Positions 1 through 7,078 of a stretch of 32,000 bases of DNA are shown piece by piece. The translations under genes and the position numbers were made by a program. Origin of the DNA: Acaryochloris thomasi RCC1774 (GTDB taxonomy: Bacteria > Cyanobacteriota > Cyanobacteriia > Thermosynechococcales > Thermosynechococcaceae); NCBI RefSeq assembly GCF_003231495.1, contig NZ_PQWO01000004.1, positions 270,001-302,000 of the forward strand, in the 5' to 3' direction. The notes below the pieces were generated by a model. That model did no database searches, was not told where the DNA came from, and saw nothing but the letters and a program-made list of their open reading frames with translations. How positions within the stretch are numbered: the first letter of the stretch is position 1; each line of letters opens with the position of its first letter.

Positions 1-995
1 TGGAAGACTTTTTGATCGTTAGTGTCATGGAGACTGGAGAGGCGATGGGCTAACCAAGCAATAGAATTAGATTTGCCAGACCCGGCGGAATGCTGAATCA
101 GGTAGTTATGCCCAGAGCCATGTTCCCAGGCGTGGTTCGTGAGCTTACGAACGACATCGAGCTGATGGTAGCGCGGAAAAATCAGGGCTTCTCTCTGGTG
201 GCGCTTGAGTCCTTTGGCGGTGGCAACCTTAGTTTCTTTAACTTCTAAATGGAGAAATCGCGCCAGGATACCCATGAGGCTGTCTTTGGTGAGCACCGCT
301 TGCCACAGGTAGCTCGTGCGGACATCGCCGTCGATGGGTGGGTTCCCGGCTCCGTGGTGGTGGCCGCGATTGAAGGGCAGAAAGAAGGTGTCTTTGCCTT
401 CGAGTTTGGTGGTCATGTAGACCCGATCGGGGTCTACGGCAAAGTGAACGAGGCAGCGCTGTTTGAAGGTAAACAGCAGTTCTTTGGGGTCGCGGTCTTT
501 GTACTGCTGCTGGGCGTGGTCTACGGTTTGGCCGCTGGTGGGGTTTTTTAGCTCTAGGGAGGCGATGGGTAAACCATTAACGGCAATGACGAGATCGGGA
601 ATAGCTCCGCTGGCAGTTTTGACTTGGCGAGTGAGGGTGAGGCGATTTTGGGTGTAGCGGGTGTAGGCGTCGGGGTCCATGCCGGTGTTGGGGGCAAAGT
701 AGGCAAGGCGGACGGTTTTGCCGAAGCATTTGAAGCCGTTGCGGAGAATAGTGAGCATCCCTTTGCTCTGTAGCTCTTTGGTGAGGCTATCGAGGAGGAT
801 GGTATCGGCGTTGTCTGGGTTGAGGGTGGTGAAGCGGGTCCAGAATTTGGGTTGGGTGGTCTGGATGAAGTGGATGATGTCGGCGGGGAAGAGGGCGCGC
901 TCTTTATCGTAGTCGTGGGGGTCGCCTTTGCTGTAGCCGCCTGCGGTGGTTAGGGATTGCTCAATGGCGTCTTCAAAGTTGATTTCTTTGAGCAT
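1..995 (-). CDS. hsdR: Type I restriction enzyme R subunit (HsdR), N-terminal part; continues beyond window start
   Basis: Not in the ORF track because it is open at the window edge. My minus-strand translation from ATG 995-993 gives MLKEINFEDAIEQSL...AIPDLVIAVNGLPIASLELKNPTSGQTV (PD-(D/E)xK-like nuclease motif), then ...IFPRYHQLDVVRKL...YLIQHSAGSGKSNSIAWLAH (helicase motif I). It lies 20 nt downstream of the preceding gene and in the same orientation as hsdM and hsdS. Confidence 0.85.
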   Translation of the reverse strand, partial: MLKEINFEDAIEQSLTTAGGYSKGDPHDYDKERALFPADIIHFIQTTQPKFWTRFTTLNPDNADTILLDSLTKELQSKGMLTILRNGFKCFGKTVRLAYFAPNTGMDPDAYTRYTQNRLTLTRQVKTASGAIPDLVIAVNGLPIASLELKNPTSGQTVDHAQQQYKDRDPKELLFTFKQRCLVHFAVDPDRVYMTTKLEGKDTFFLPFNRGHHHGAGNPPIDGDVRTSYLWQAVLTKDSLMGILARFLHLEVKETKVATAKGLKRHQREALIFPRYHQLDVVRKLTNHAWEHGSGHNYLIQHSAGSGKSNSIAWLAHRLSSLHDTNDQKVF

Positions 996-1015
996 GAGAA
1001 GTGACCGAAAAGGGT

Positions 1016-1378
1016 TTAACTACTTTGGGCTGGACGATTGACTCGAACGAGTTGTCCCGTTAAGTTACCTGCGCTGAGAATGGCGGCATGAATCCTCTCT
1101 GACATCCGTTGACGATTGAGATCTTCGGTACAAACGATAATACCTGCGTGGTCAGGAGAACTTTTGTGTAAACGAATGAAGTCAGCTCGATTAACAGTAA
1201 TGACTGCGCGATCAAGTGAGATCGCAAACGCTAAAACATCCTCGTCAGGAATGCGTTGATTGGCTTGTCCAGCTTCTTGAACGGTCAAGACATCATGGCC
1301 CAATTCCCGTAGATAGTCGCTGACTTTTTTGGAGAATCCTTCGTCAGCGTAGAGTCTTGCCTGATATGGTTCTGACAT
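1016..1378 (-). CDS. DUF5615-family PIN-like (Mut7-C-type) putative toxin
   Basis: 120-aa ORF. ADEGFSKKVSDYLRELGHDVLTVQEAG...DEDVLAFAISLDRAVITVNRADF matches the recalled DUF5615 pattern. It starts 3 nt after the DUF433 gene stop. Confidence 0.7.
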   Translation of the reverse strand: MSEPYQARLYADEGFSKKVSDYLRELGHDVLTVQEAGQANQRIPDEDVLAFAISLDRAVITVNRADFIRLHKSSPDHAGIIVCTEDLNRQRMSERIHAAILSAGNLTGQLVRVNRPAQSS

Positions 1379-1381
1379 TGT

Positions 1382-1708
1382 TTAGGCTGCTGCTTGCCGC
1401 TGAAGTGCGGCTTCAATTTCATCGGTATGAAGATCGGCATAGTGCCATGCATTGGTAAGGTCAGCAGCGGTCAGAGCAGGGTAATCTTCAAGTAGATCGG
1501 CTTCGGTTGCACCTTGATGGCGCAGGCTGATGAGTTGCCAAACTGTGATGCGGGTTTGACGGATACAAGCATCGCCCCCCATAACGCCTGAATTTTTTTC
1601 GATGCCAATCCAGATATCGCTAAGGCTACCTACAAGCAGTTGGATGGCCTGGGCTTTCTCTTCAGGGGTTAGGGCTAATAGTTTTTGGTGGAGCTGCTGA
1701 AGGGTCAT
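1382..1708 (-). CDS. DUF433-family putative antitoxin or DNA-binding protein
   Basis: 108-aa ORF. GGDACIRQTRITVWQLISLRHQGATEADLLEDYPALTAADLTNAWHYA matches the DUF433 core (GG.pcIrgTRI.V..il......g.s.eeIledYP.Lt.edi.aAl.Ya). It is the usual upstream partner of DUF5615. Confidence 0.75.
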   Translation of the reverse strand: MTLQQLHQKLLALTPEEKAQAIQLLVGSLSDIWIGIEKNSGVMGGDACIRQTRITVWQLISLRHQGATEADLLEDYPALTAADLTNAWHYADLHTDEIEAALQRQAAA

Positions 1709-1812
1709 CGTTTCTTGACTCTCTGCGATTGTGTGTCATAGAAGGTTTCTATCGATTTTCGGAGATTGATCAGGCTGGTGTAGATGTATATGTAGGTGCC
1801 AAGGGGAAAAGC

Positions 1813-1846
1813 TATATGTAATTTTAGGGACTCAACATTACATATA
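1813..1846. promoter_or_regulatory. 10-bp perfect inverted repeat (TATATGTAAT-N14-ATTACATATA) within a cluster of TATGTA motifs; candidate operator or promoter region of the DUF433/DUF5615(-hsdR) unit
   Basis: Read directly: 1813-1822 is the reverse complement of 1837-1846. Further TATGTA(A/G) copies lie near 1786-1795 and 1853-1862. The site is in the 191-bp gap upstream of the DUF433 start (1708). Confidence 0.3.
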
Positions 1847-1899
1847 AACAATCTTATGTAAGGCAAGAGGCTTATTCCATAATGCGTTGAGAGTTTGGT

Positions 1900-3306
1900 T
1901 CAGATGGAAATTTCATCTAGAGGCAGTAAACCTGCATCGACATCAGGGAATTCCTCTTCAATATCGGGGAGAGTGGCCAGCAGTTCCGTTGGAGTGGGTT
2001 GGGGGAGTTTTACGTTGCGGACGTCGATTTTGCCGGTGACGGCGTTGGTGATGAGGGCGGTGCGGTATTCTTTGAGCTTTTTTAAAGATATCTGTGTTGC
2101 AGATGCCAAGCTATGGTCTATTTCTAGTTTCGAATCCAAAAAATTGATAATACACACTTGTTCGTTTAGAGGTGGCAGCAAGATGTTTATCTTTTTCAGA
2201 AAATCGCAAGTTAGTGCAGCCCGTGTACTACCGGCACCATTACTTTCATTCCGAAGCCATTGATAAGCAGCTTGCAAGTATCTCCGAAGATAAATTGCAC
2301 CCATGACCTCAGAGATAGGTTGAATAGAGGCTAAATGCTGGCTAATGGTTGCTTCAAAGCTAAGTAATGCAGAACGCCCACGAGTTTGCCCCTCGCCTGT
2401 AATGGCAATTAATACACTTCCTGCGGGCACAACTGGTAGATGACACTCCTCTAGCGCTTGTTTGGAAATATGCTGCTCTGCCTCTACAATAATTTCCTCA
2501 TTGATTTTGCTACTGTTGAGCCAAGGAAAATCTTTTCTAGACCAGTATTCTGCTTTGTCACGCTTAGGGGTTGAGCCGTTACCGATGCTAGCAAAGTACC
2601 CCAGCTTTGCTATTCCCCAATGGGCTGGAATTTCGCCTAGCCATTTGATGCCGGAGTCTTTCATGGGGACGGTGGGGTCGAGTCCTTTGGTGACGGCTTG
2701 GCTGATGAGGGCGGTGCGTTTTTCGGCGAGCTTTTCTAGGAGGGCTTCTTTTTTGGCAATCAGAGCGTCGATTTGGGCCGTTTTGTGGTCGAGAAAAGTT
2801 GCGATCGTTTGTTGTTCTGGGAGGGATGGGACAAGTATCGCCAGATTTCCTATGAAGTCCCAGCTCGCGCGAGGCATCTTTGTACCGAAAGTTGAGGAGT
2901 CAACTATATGAATAAAATCTCTAGAAACTGAGTAATAGCGTAAGAAAGGAGGAAAAATACTATCTCTGCTACGCAAAACCAGTGCTTCTGTCGAAGCTAG
3001 TCCCTCATGTTTAGCCAAGTGTACTTTGGCTAGATATGGTCTCAGCTTTCCGAACAGAACATCATTAGGCAAGAAGTGGGAGCCAATTCCCTCACTAGAG
3101 GCATTAGAGTCCTTAATCCGTTCTCCAGTCCACGATTGAATATGCTCTAATCCCATATAGGGAAGAGTACTACTCTCAGCATCAATTTTTTGATTAACCA
3201 AATAAGCCGAGAATTTGAGACGTTTGAGTAACCAAAACTCTGGAACCTCTCCTATCCAATCAATTCCAGAATCTTTATATTTCGGATAAAGCTGATGTTT
3301 CCCCAT
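1900..3306 (-). CDS. hsdS: Type I restriction-modification specificity subunit (HsdS), two target-recognition domains
   Basis: 468-aa ORF with two conserved spacer regions typical of HsdS: LPEQQTIATFLDHKTAQIDALIAKKEALLEKLAEKRTALISQAVTKGLD (central) and LPPLNEQVCIINFLDSKLEIDHSL...LKEYRTALITNAVTGKIDVR (C-terminal). It sits between hsdM and hsdR. Confidence 0.9.
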   Translation of the reverse strand: MGKHQLYPKYKDSGIDWIGEVPEFWLLKRLKFSAYLVNQKIDAESSTLPYMGLEHIQSWTGERIKDSNASSEGIGSHFLPNDVLFGKLRPYLAKVHLAKHEGLASTEALVLRSRDSIFPPFLRYYSVSRDFIHIVDSSTFGTKMPRASWDFIGNLAILVPSLPEQQTIATFLDHKTAQIDALIAKKEALLEKLAEKRTALISQAVTKGLDPTVPMKDSGIKWLGEIPAHWGIAKLGYFASIGNGSTPKRDKAEYWSRKDFPWLNSSKINEEIIVEAEQHISKQALEECHLPVVPAGSVLIAITGEGQTRGRSALLSFEATISQHLASIQPISEVMGAIYLRRYLQAAYQWLRNESNGAGSTRAALTCDFLKKINILLPPLNEQVCIINFLDSKLEIDHSLASATQISLKKLKEYRTALITNAVTGKIDVRNVKLPQPTPTELLATLPDIEEEFPDVDAGLLPLDEISI

Positions 3307-3309
3307 TAA

Positions 3310-3579
3310 TTAAAATTCTCCAAGAATTTCAGCATTTGCCCGCTCAAGCAAAGCACTGGCTTGCTCAACTTCCTGCTGCAGTTCCTCAAGCTCCAGGGAA
3401 TCATCAAATAATGGGATTCCCAATTTCCCCATACGCTCAATCATCTCTAGTCGAGAAATCCCCAATACGTTAGCCGCTCTACCACTGCTGATTTCACCTG
3501 CTCTTAATAGAGCTATTACCTCAGCCTCTTTCGCTTTTTTGAGTGCCTCTGCCTGCACGGAGTTTAGATCGCTGTTCAT
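3310..3579 (-). CDS. UPF0175-family antitoxin-like small HTH protein, with no adjacent PIN partner
   Basis: ALLRAGEISSGRAANVLGISRLEMIERMGKLGIPLFDDSLELEEL fits the UPF0175 pattern. The track ORF starts at 3606, but its first 9 codons (MGDLGGECN) are read out of a repeat element. ATG at 3579-3577 (MNSDLNS...) is the more plausible start. The stop lies 3 nt before the hsdS ATG. Confidence 0.6.
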   Translation of the reverse strand: MNSDLNSVQAEALKKAKEAEVIALLRAGEISSGRAANVLGISRLEMIERMGKLGIPLFDDSLELEELQQEVEQASALLERANAEILGEF

Positions 3580-3588
3580 GTTGCACTC

Positions 3589-3785
3589 GCCCCCTAAATC
3601 CCCCATTCTGGGGGACTTGAAGATTTATCTGTCCTACAAGTTTTGCGTGATACAGACTGAATACAAAGCGGACTTGATTGCAGCAAAAAATCCGTTGACA
3701 GTGTAGGCAAAATTAGAGCATTCTTTTTCATAGTCTGGCAAGAGTAAGAGTTCAAAGTCCCCTACCCGTGGGGGATTTAGGGGGC
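3589..3785. mobile_element. MITE-like insert, or a pair of inverted REP-like hairpin repeats
   Basis: GCCCCCTAAATCCCCC (3589-3604) is the exact reverse complement of GGGGGATTTAGGGGGC (3770-3785). Similarity extends inward to about 35 bp (GGGGACTT(T)GAA). Each end is also a local hairpin (TCCCCC-ATTCT-GGGGGA at 3599-3615). There is no ORF inside and no clear target-site duplication. Confidence 0.5.
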
Positions 3786-3964
3786 TAACGCAGTACCTTT
3801 GGTACCTCTAACCCATTCCTTTGAAATTGAACTGCATCATCATAGGTGAGTCAATGTGCGATCGCGATTTTCAGCAATTCTCATGCTGCCTCCCTAATCA
3901 AGGCTGTATATCTCCTATTACCAGTATTACCAGAATTCCCGTTTGCAGCTATCCTCCTTTGCCA

Positions 3965-3988
3965 ATTGTTGCGACATGTCGCAACAAT
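3965..3988. repeat. 24-bp perfect palindrome ATTGTTGCGACATGTCGCAACAAT just downstream of the hsdM stop; possible RNA hairpin/terminator or protein-binding site
   Basis: Read directly. It lies 4 nt from the hsdM stop codon (3993-3995). No U-tract follows on the minus strand, so it is not a canonical intrinsic terminator. Confidence 0.35.
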
Positions 3989-3992
3989 CTCA

Positions 3993-6188
3993 TCACACGA
4001 TCTCCCCCAGCATCGCCACAATATCCTTCTCCAGCGCCTTAATATCTGCCTCAATCTCCGCCAACGGACGGGGTGGCTCATACACATAAAAATGCCGATT
4101 CAACGGAATCTCATACCCCACCTTGGTCTTGCGATAGTCAATCCAAGCATTCGGCACATGGGGCAACACCTCCGTCCGCAGATAGTTCTCACAGTGCCCC
4201 TTCACCAAACTCAAAAGCTGATCTAATCCCGTCTCACCGTCATAGCCCAACGGTAGCGGTAGCTTAATCTCTGCAGGCAACGGCACAATTTCCGTATCCC
4301 GAAGCTCACTATCCGGCTCAGGATTGCCCTTCTTATCTCGGCAAATTTCCGCCGTCGAGTCTCGCTCACTCAAAGCAGCCAACACCATCTTCTTCACCGC
4401 TGCAGCTAGCTTTAGATCTGCTGCTTTTAGGGCCTGGTTTAGGGTTTTGAGAAACTGGGTGCGATCGCAATACAACACCCCCGAATCCAACGTCTCTAGC
4501 ATCTCAATGATCGCCGCCTGCAGCCGCTCCCCTGCCTCAATCTCAGCCTGCTGAGCCGCCAAATCTTTGCGCTTCTTACTCGTCGCCAAATTACTAAACG
4601 CCGACTGCTCCCACAGCCGCTCTATTCGTTCAGGACTTGCCTGAAAATTGAGTCGTAACGGTCGCTCCACTGTCACCTTCAAGAACCCAAACGCCTGATT
4701 CGGCAAAATCTTAGAGCAGACCCGCGACTCTTCCCCGAACTCACTGGCAGCATTATGGTCATAGTTCCCGTACAGCCGCACCAGTTCCGCTATGTGGGCA
4801 TCCGAGAGTTCATTGCGCTTGTTGCCTAAACTCTTCTTCATCTTCTGGAAATGACGAGTGCCGTCAATCAACTGCACCTGTCCCTGTCGATGGGGCGGCT
4901 TCTTGTTCGTCACCAGCCAGATATAGGTGTAGATGCCCGTGTTGTAAAACATCTGATCCGGCAGCGCCACCACCGCATCTAGCCAGTCATTTTCAATAAT
5001 CCAGCGGCGGATATTGCTCTCGCCACTGTTGGCATCTCCTGTAAACAACGGCGACCCATTAAAGACGATCGCAATCTTAGAACCATCGCCCCCGTCCACC
5101 GGAGCCGGACGCATTTTGGAGATCATATGGAGCAAAAACAGCAGCGACCCATCATTGATACGCGGTAGCCCCGGACCAAACCGCCCGCTAAATCCCTTCT
5201 CCCTATGTTCTTCCTTAACCGCAGACTCCTCCGGCTTCCACTCCACCCCAAACGGCGGATTCGCCAGCATGTAGTGAAACTGCTGCTCCCCATGACCATC
5301 GTGGGGAATAAAGTTATTGGCCTTGTTCTTGGCCTCCTTGAGACCCAGCGTGTCGCCGAACACCAGATTGTCGATGGGGGCATCTTTAATCAGCAGATCA
5401 GAGCAGCAGATGGCGTAGGCTTCCGGGTTATATTCCTGCCCAAACAGCTCTAGGTTGGCATCCGGGTTCTGGGCCTTGATATATTCCTCCGAGACTGACA
5501 GCATCCCACCCGTTCCGGCTGTGGGGTCATAGATAGTTTTGTAGATGCCCTGCTTAAAGACATCTTCTTCATTGCTGAACAGCAGATTCACCATCAATCG
5601 GATCACTTCACGCGGGGTGAAATGGTCGCCCGCCTCTTCGTTGGCCTGCTCATTAAATTTACGGACCAGCTCTTCAAACAAGTACCCCATCTGTAAATTT
5701 GAGAGAGCCTGGGGCGAGAGGTCAATCTGAGAGCTGCAAAACTCTTTGATGATCAAGAACAGCCGGTTGTTCTCATCCAGTTTTTCAATTTCGTTTTCAA
5801 ACTCAAACTTCTCAAAAATGTCCCGCGCTCGGGGCGAGAACCCATTGATGTAGGCCACTAAGTTGCTGGCAATTCCTGGTGGATCGCCGAGGAGCTTCGT
5901 AAAGGTCCACTGGCTGGTGTTGTATAGGGGCTGCGATCGCTCTTTCCCCACGGCAACTTTAGACAGGGCTTTTTCCAGCGCCACATCCTTAAAACCCTTT
6001 GCATCCAGGTGGATCTTCTCCGCAATTACCTGCTCTTTAGTGGTTTCCAAGACCGCATCTAAACGCCGGAGCACCACCAACGGCAGCATTACCTTTCGAT
6101 ACTGAGGCGGACGGTAGGGGCCACGGAGCTTGTTGGCAATATTCCAGATGAAGCCGACGAGATCTTGATGGTGACCAGACATGGACAT
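3993..6188 (-). CDS. hsdM: Type I restriction-modification DNA methyltransferase subunit (HsdM), long form, N6-adenine
   Basis: 731-aa ORF. HsdM_N-like start FIWNIANKLRGPYRPPQYRKVMLPLVVLRRLD, SAM motif I YDPTAGTGGML, catalytic motif IV LANPPFG, and a long-form C-terminal tail (KVGYEIPLNRHFYVYEPPRPLAEIEADIKALE). Confidence 0.9.
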   Translation of the reverse strand: MSMSGHHQDLVGFIWNIANKLRGPYRPPQYRKVMLPLVVLRRLDAVLETTKEQVIAEKIHLDAKGFKDVALEKALSKVAVGKERSQPLYNTSQWTFTKLLGDPPGIASNLVAYINGFSPRARDIFEKFEFENEIEKLDENNRLFLIIKEFCSSQIDLSPQALSNLQMGYLFEELVRKFNEQANEEAGDHFTPREVIRLMVNLLFSNEEDVFKQGIYKTIYDPTAGTGGMLSVSEEYIKAQNPDANLELFGQEYNPEAYAICCSDLLIKDAPIDNLVFGDTLGLKEAKNKANNFIPHDGHGEQQFHYMLANPPFGVEWKPEESAVKEEHREKGFSGRFGPGLPRINDGSLLFLLHMISKMRPAPVDGGDGSKIAIVFNGSPLFTGDANSGESNIRRWIIENDWLDAVVALPDQMFYNTGIYTYIWLVTNKKPPHRQGQVQLIDGTRHFQKMKKSLGNKRNELSDAHIAELVRLYGNYDHNAASEFGEESRVCSKILPNQAFGFLKVTVERPLRLNFQASPERIERLWEQSAFSNLATSKKRKDLAAQQAEIEAGERLQAAIIEMLETLDSGVLYCDRTQFLKTLNQALKAADLKLAAAVKKMVLAALSERDSTAEICRDKKGNPEPDSELRDTEIVPLPAEIKLPLPLGYDGETGLDQLLSLVKGHCENYLRTEVLPHVPNAWIDYRKTKVGYEIPLNRHFYVYEPPRPLAEIEADIKALEKDIVAMLGEIV

Positions 6189-6292
6189 AACTGAACAGTA
6201 CGCCGATCAATTGTAGTTGCAGAACAAGCCTTGGAAGCTACCCGAAAAATATTGATAGCTTGGGAGAGTCGTAAACCCTAGTCAACTGACTG

Positions 6293-7063
6293 ATGCATTG
6301 GCTCACCTGTCCCGCTGAACAACTCTTCGAGACCTATTCTGAGTCGATACAGGCGCTTGCCGTACCCGAGAAACTTTCTAAAGCACAGCTACATACTCCC
6401 CATTTTCGGCTGTATGCTGAACGGCGGCTAGAGATTTACTATGCCCCTCTAGGATACGTGCGTAAAGCAGCCAAAGTCGCTCTGGTGGGCCTGACCCCCG
6501 GCTGGCAGCAGATGGAGTTGTCCTATCGTCTTGCTGCAGAGCTGATGAAGGTCCCTGATGTGGGCCAAAATAGGCAATGGGTTATGTCAGAAATCAAGCG
6601 ACGGATGTCTTTTGCCGGACCCATGCGGCGAAATCTGCTGAAGATGCTGGATGCATTAGACTTCGCTACAGTTCTAGGACTCACTTCGTCGGCTGCTATT
6701 TTTGAGAACCGTGCCGATCTTGTTCACACGACCTCTGCCCTTCGCTATCCGGTTTTTTATTGCCATCGCAACTACACTGGCCACAATCCTAAAATGCTGA
6801 GCCGCAGTATTCAGATGCAAATGGTTGATCACCTATTGGGGCAAGAACTGAGTCAGCTCCCGAAAGCGTTAATCATTCCGATGGGCGAGGGGGCAACGCG
6901 GGCCATCCGGCATTTGGTCAACACCCATGTGTTAGACGAAGCCAGGTGTCTTTTCGGGTTTCCGCATCCCTCAGGAGCGAATGGCCACCGGCATCAGCAG
7001 TTTGCAGCACATCGTCAGGCGCTTAAAGACCAGCTCAAAAGCTGGCTGAAGGACCGGTCTTGA
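6293..7063 (+). CDS. Uracil-DNA glycosylase superfamily (UDG-fold) protein of unassigned family
   Basis: 256-aa ORF. KVALVGLTPGWQQ resembles UDG motif 1 (beta-strand followed by G-x-x-P-G). FGFPHPSGANGHR resembles UDG motif 2 (HPS...N). The spacing of about 155 aa is compatible with the fold. Motif-level call only. Confidence 0.5.
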   Translation: MHWLTCPAEQLFETYSESIQALAVPEKLSKAQLHTPHFRLYAERRLEIYYAPLGYVRKAAKVALVGLTPGWQQMELSYRLAAELMKVPDVGQNRQWVMSEIKRRMSFAGPMRRNLLKMLDALDFATVLGLTSSAAIFENRADLVHTTSALRYPVFYCHRNYTGHNPKMLSRSIQMQMVDHLLGQELSQLPKALIIPMGEGATRAIRHLVNTHVLDEARCLFGFPHPSGANGHRHQQFAAHRQALKDQLKSWLKDRS

Positions 7064-7078
7064 GACGAGATTAAGAGA

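Noticed and set aside
249-912. Plus-strand ORFs 249-551, 463-657 and 718-912
   Set aside because: They are antisense to a continuous, motif-rich HsdR reading frame (1-995, minus). Their translations are low-complexity or Val/Gly-rich with no recognisable features.
1895-2911. Plus-strand ORFs 1895-2263 and 2462-2911
   Set aside because: They lie fully inside and antisense to hsdS. The Ser/Arg-rich translations are typical of antisense frames.
3580-3606. N-terminal extension MGDLGGECN of the UPF0175-like ORF
   Set aside because: These codons are the translated terminal repeat of the hairpin element (GGGGGATTTAGGGGGC). The internal ATG at 3579 is the more plausible start.
3821-4267. ORFs 3821-4042(+), 3846-4226(+), 3881-4087(-) and 4073-4267(+) around the hsdM 3' end
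   Set aside because: They overlap one another and the well-supported hsdM C-terminus. Their biased Arg/Trp/Pro/Ser composition suggests chance frames.
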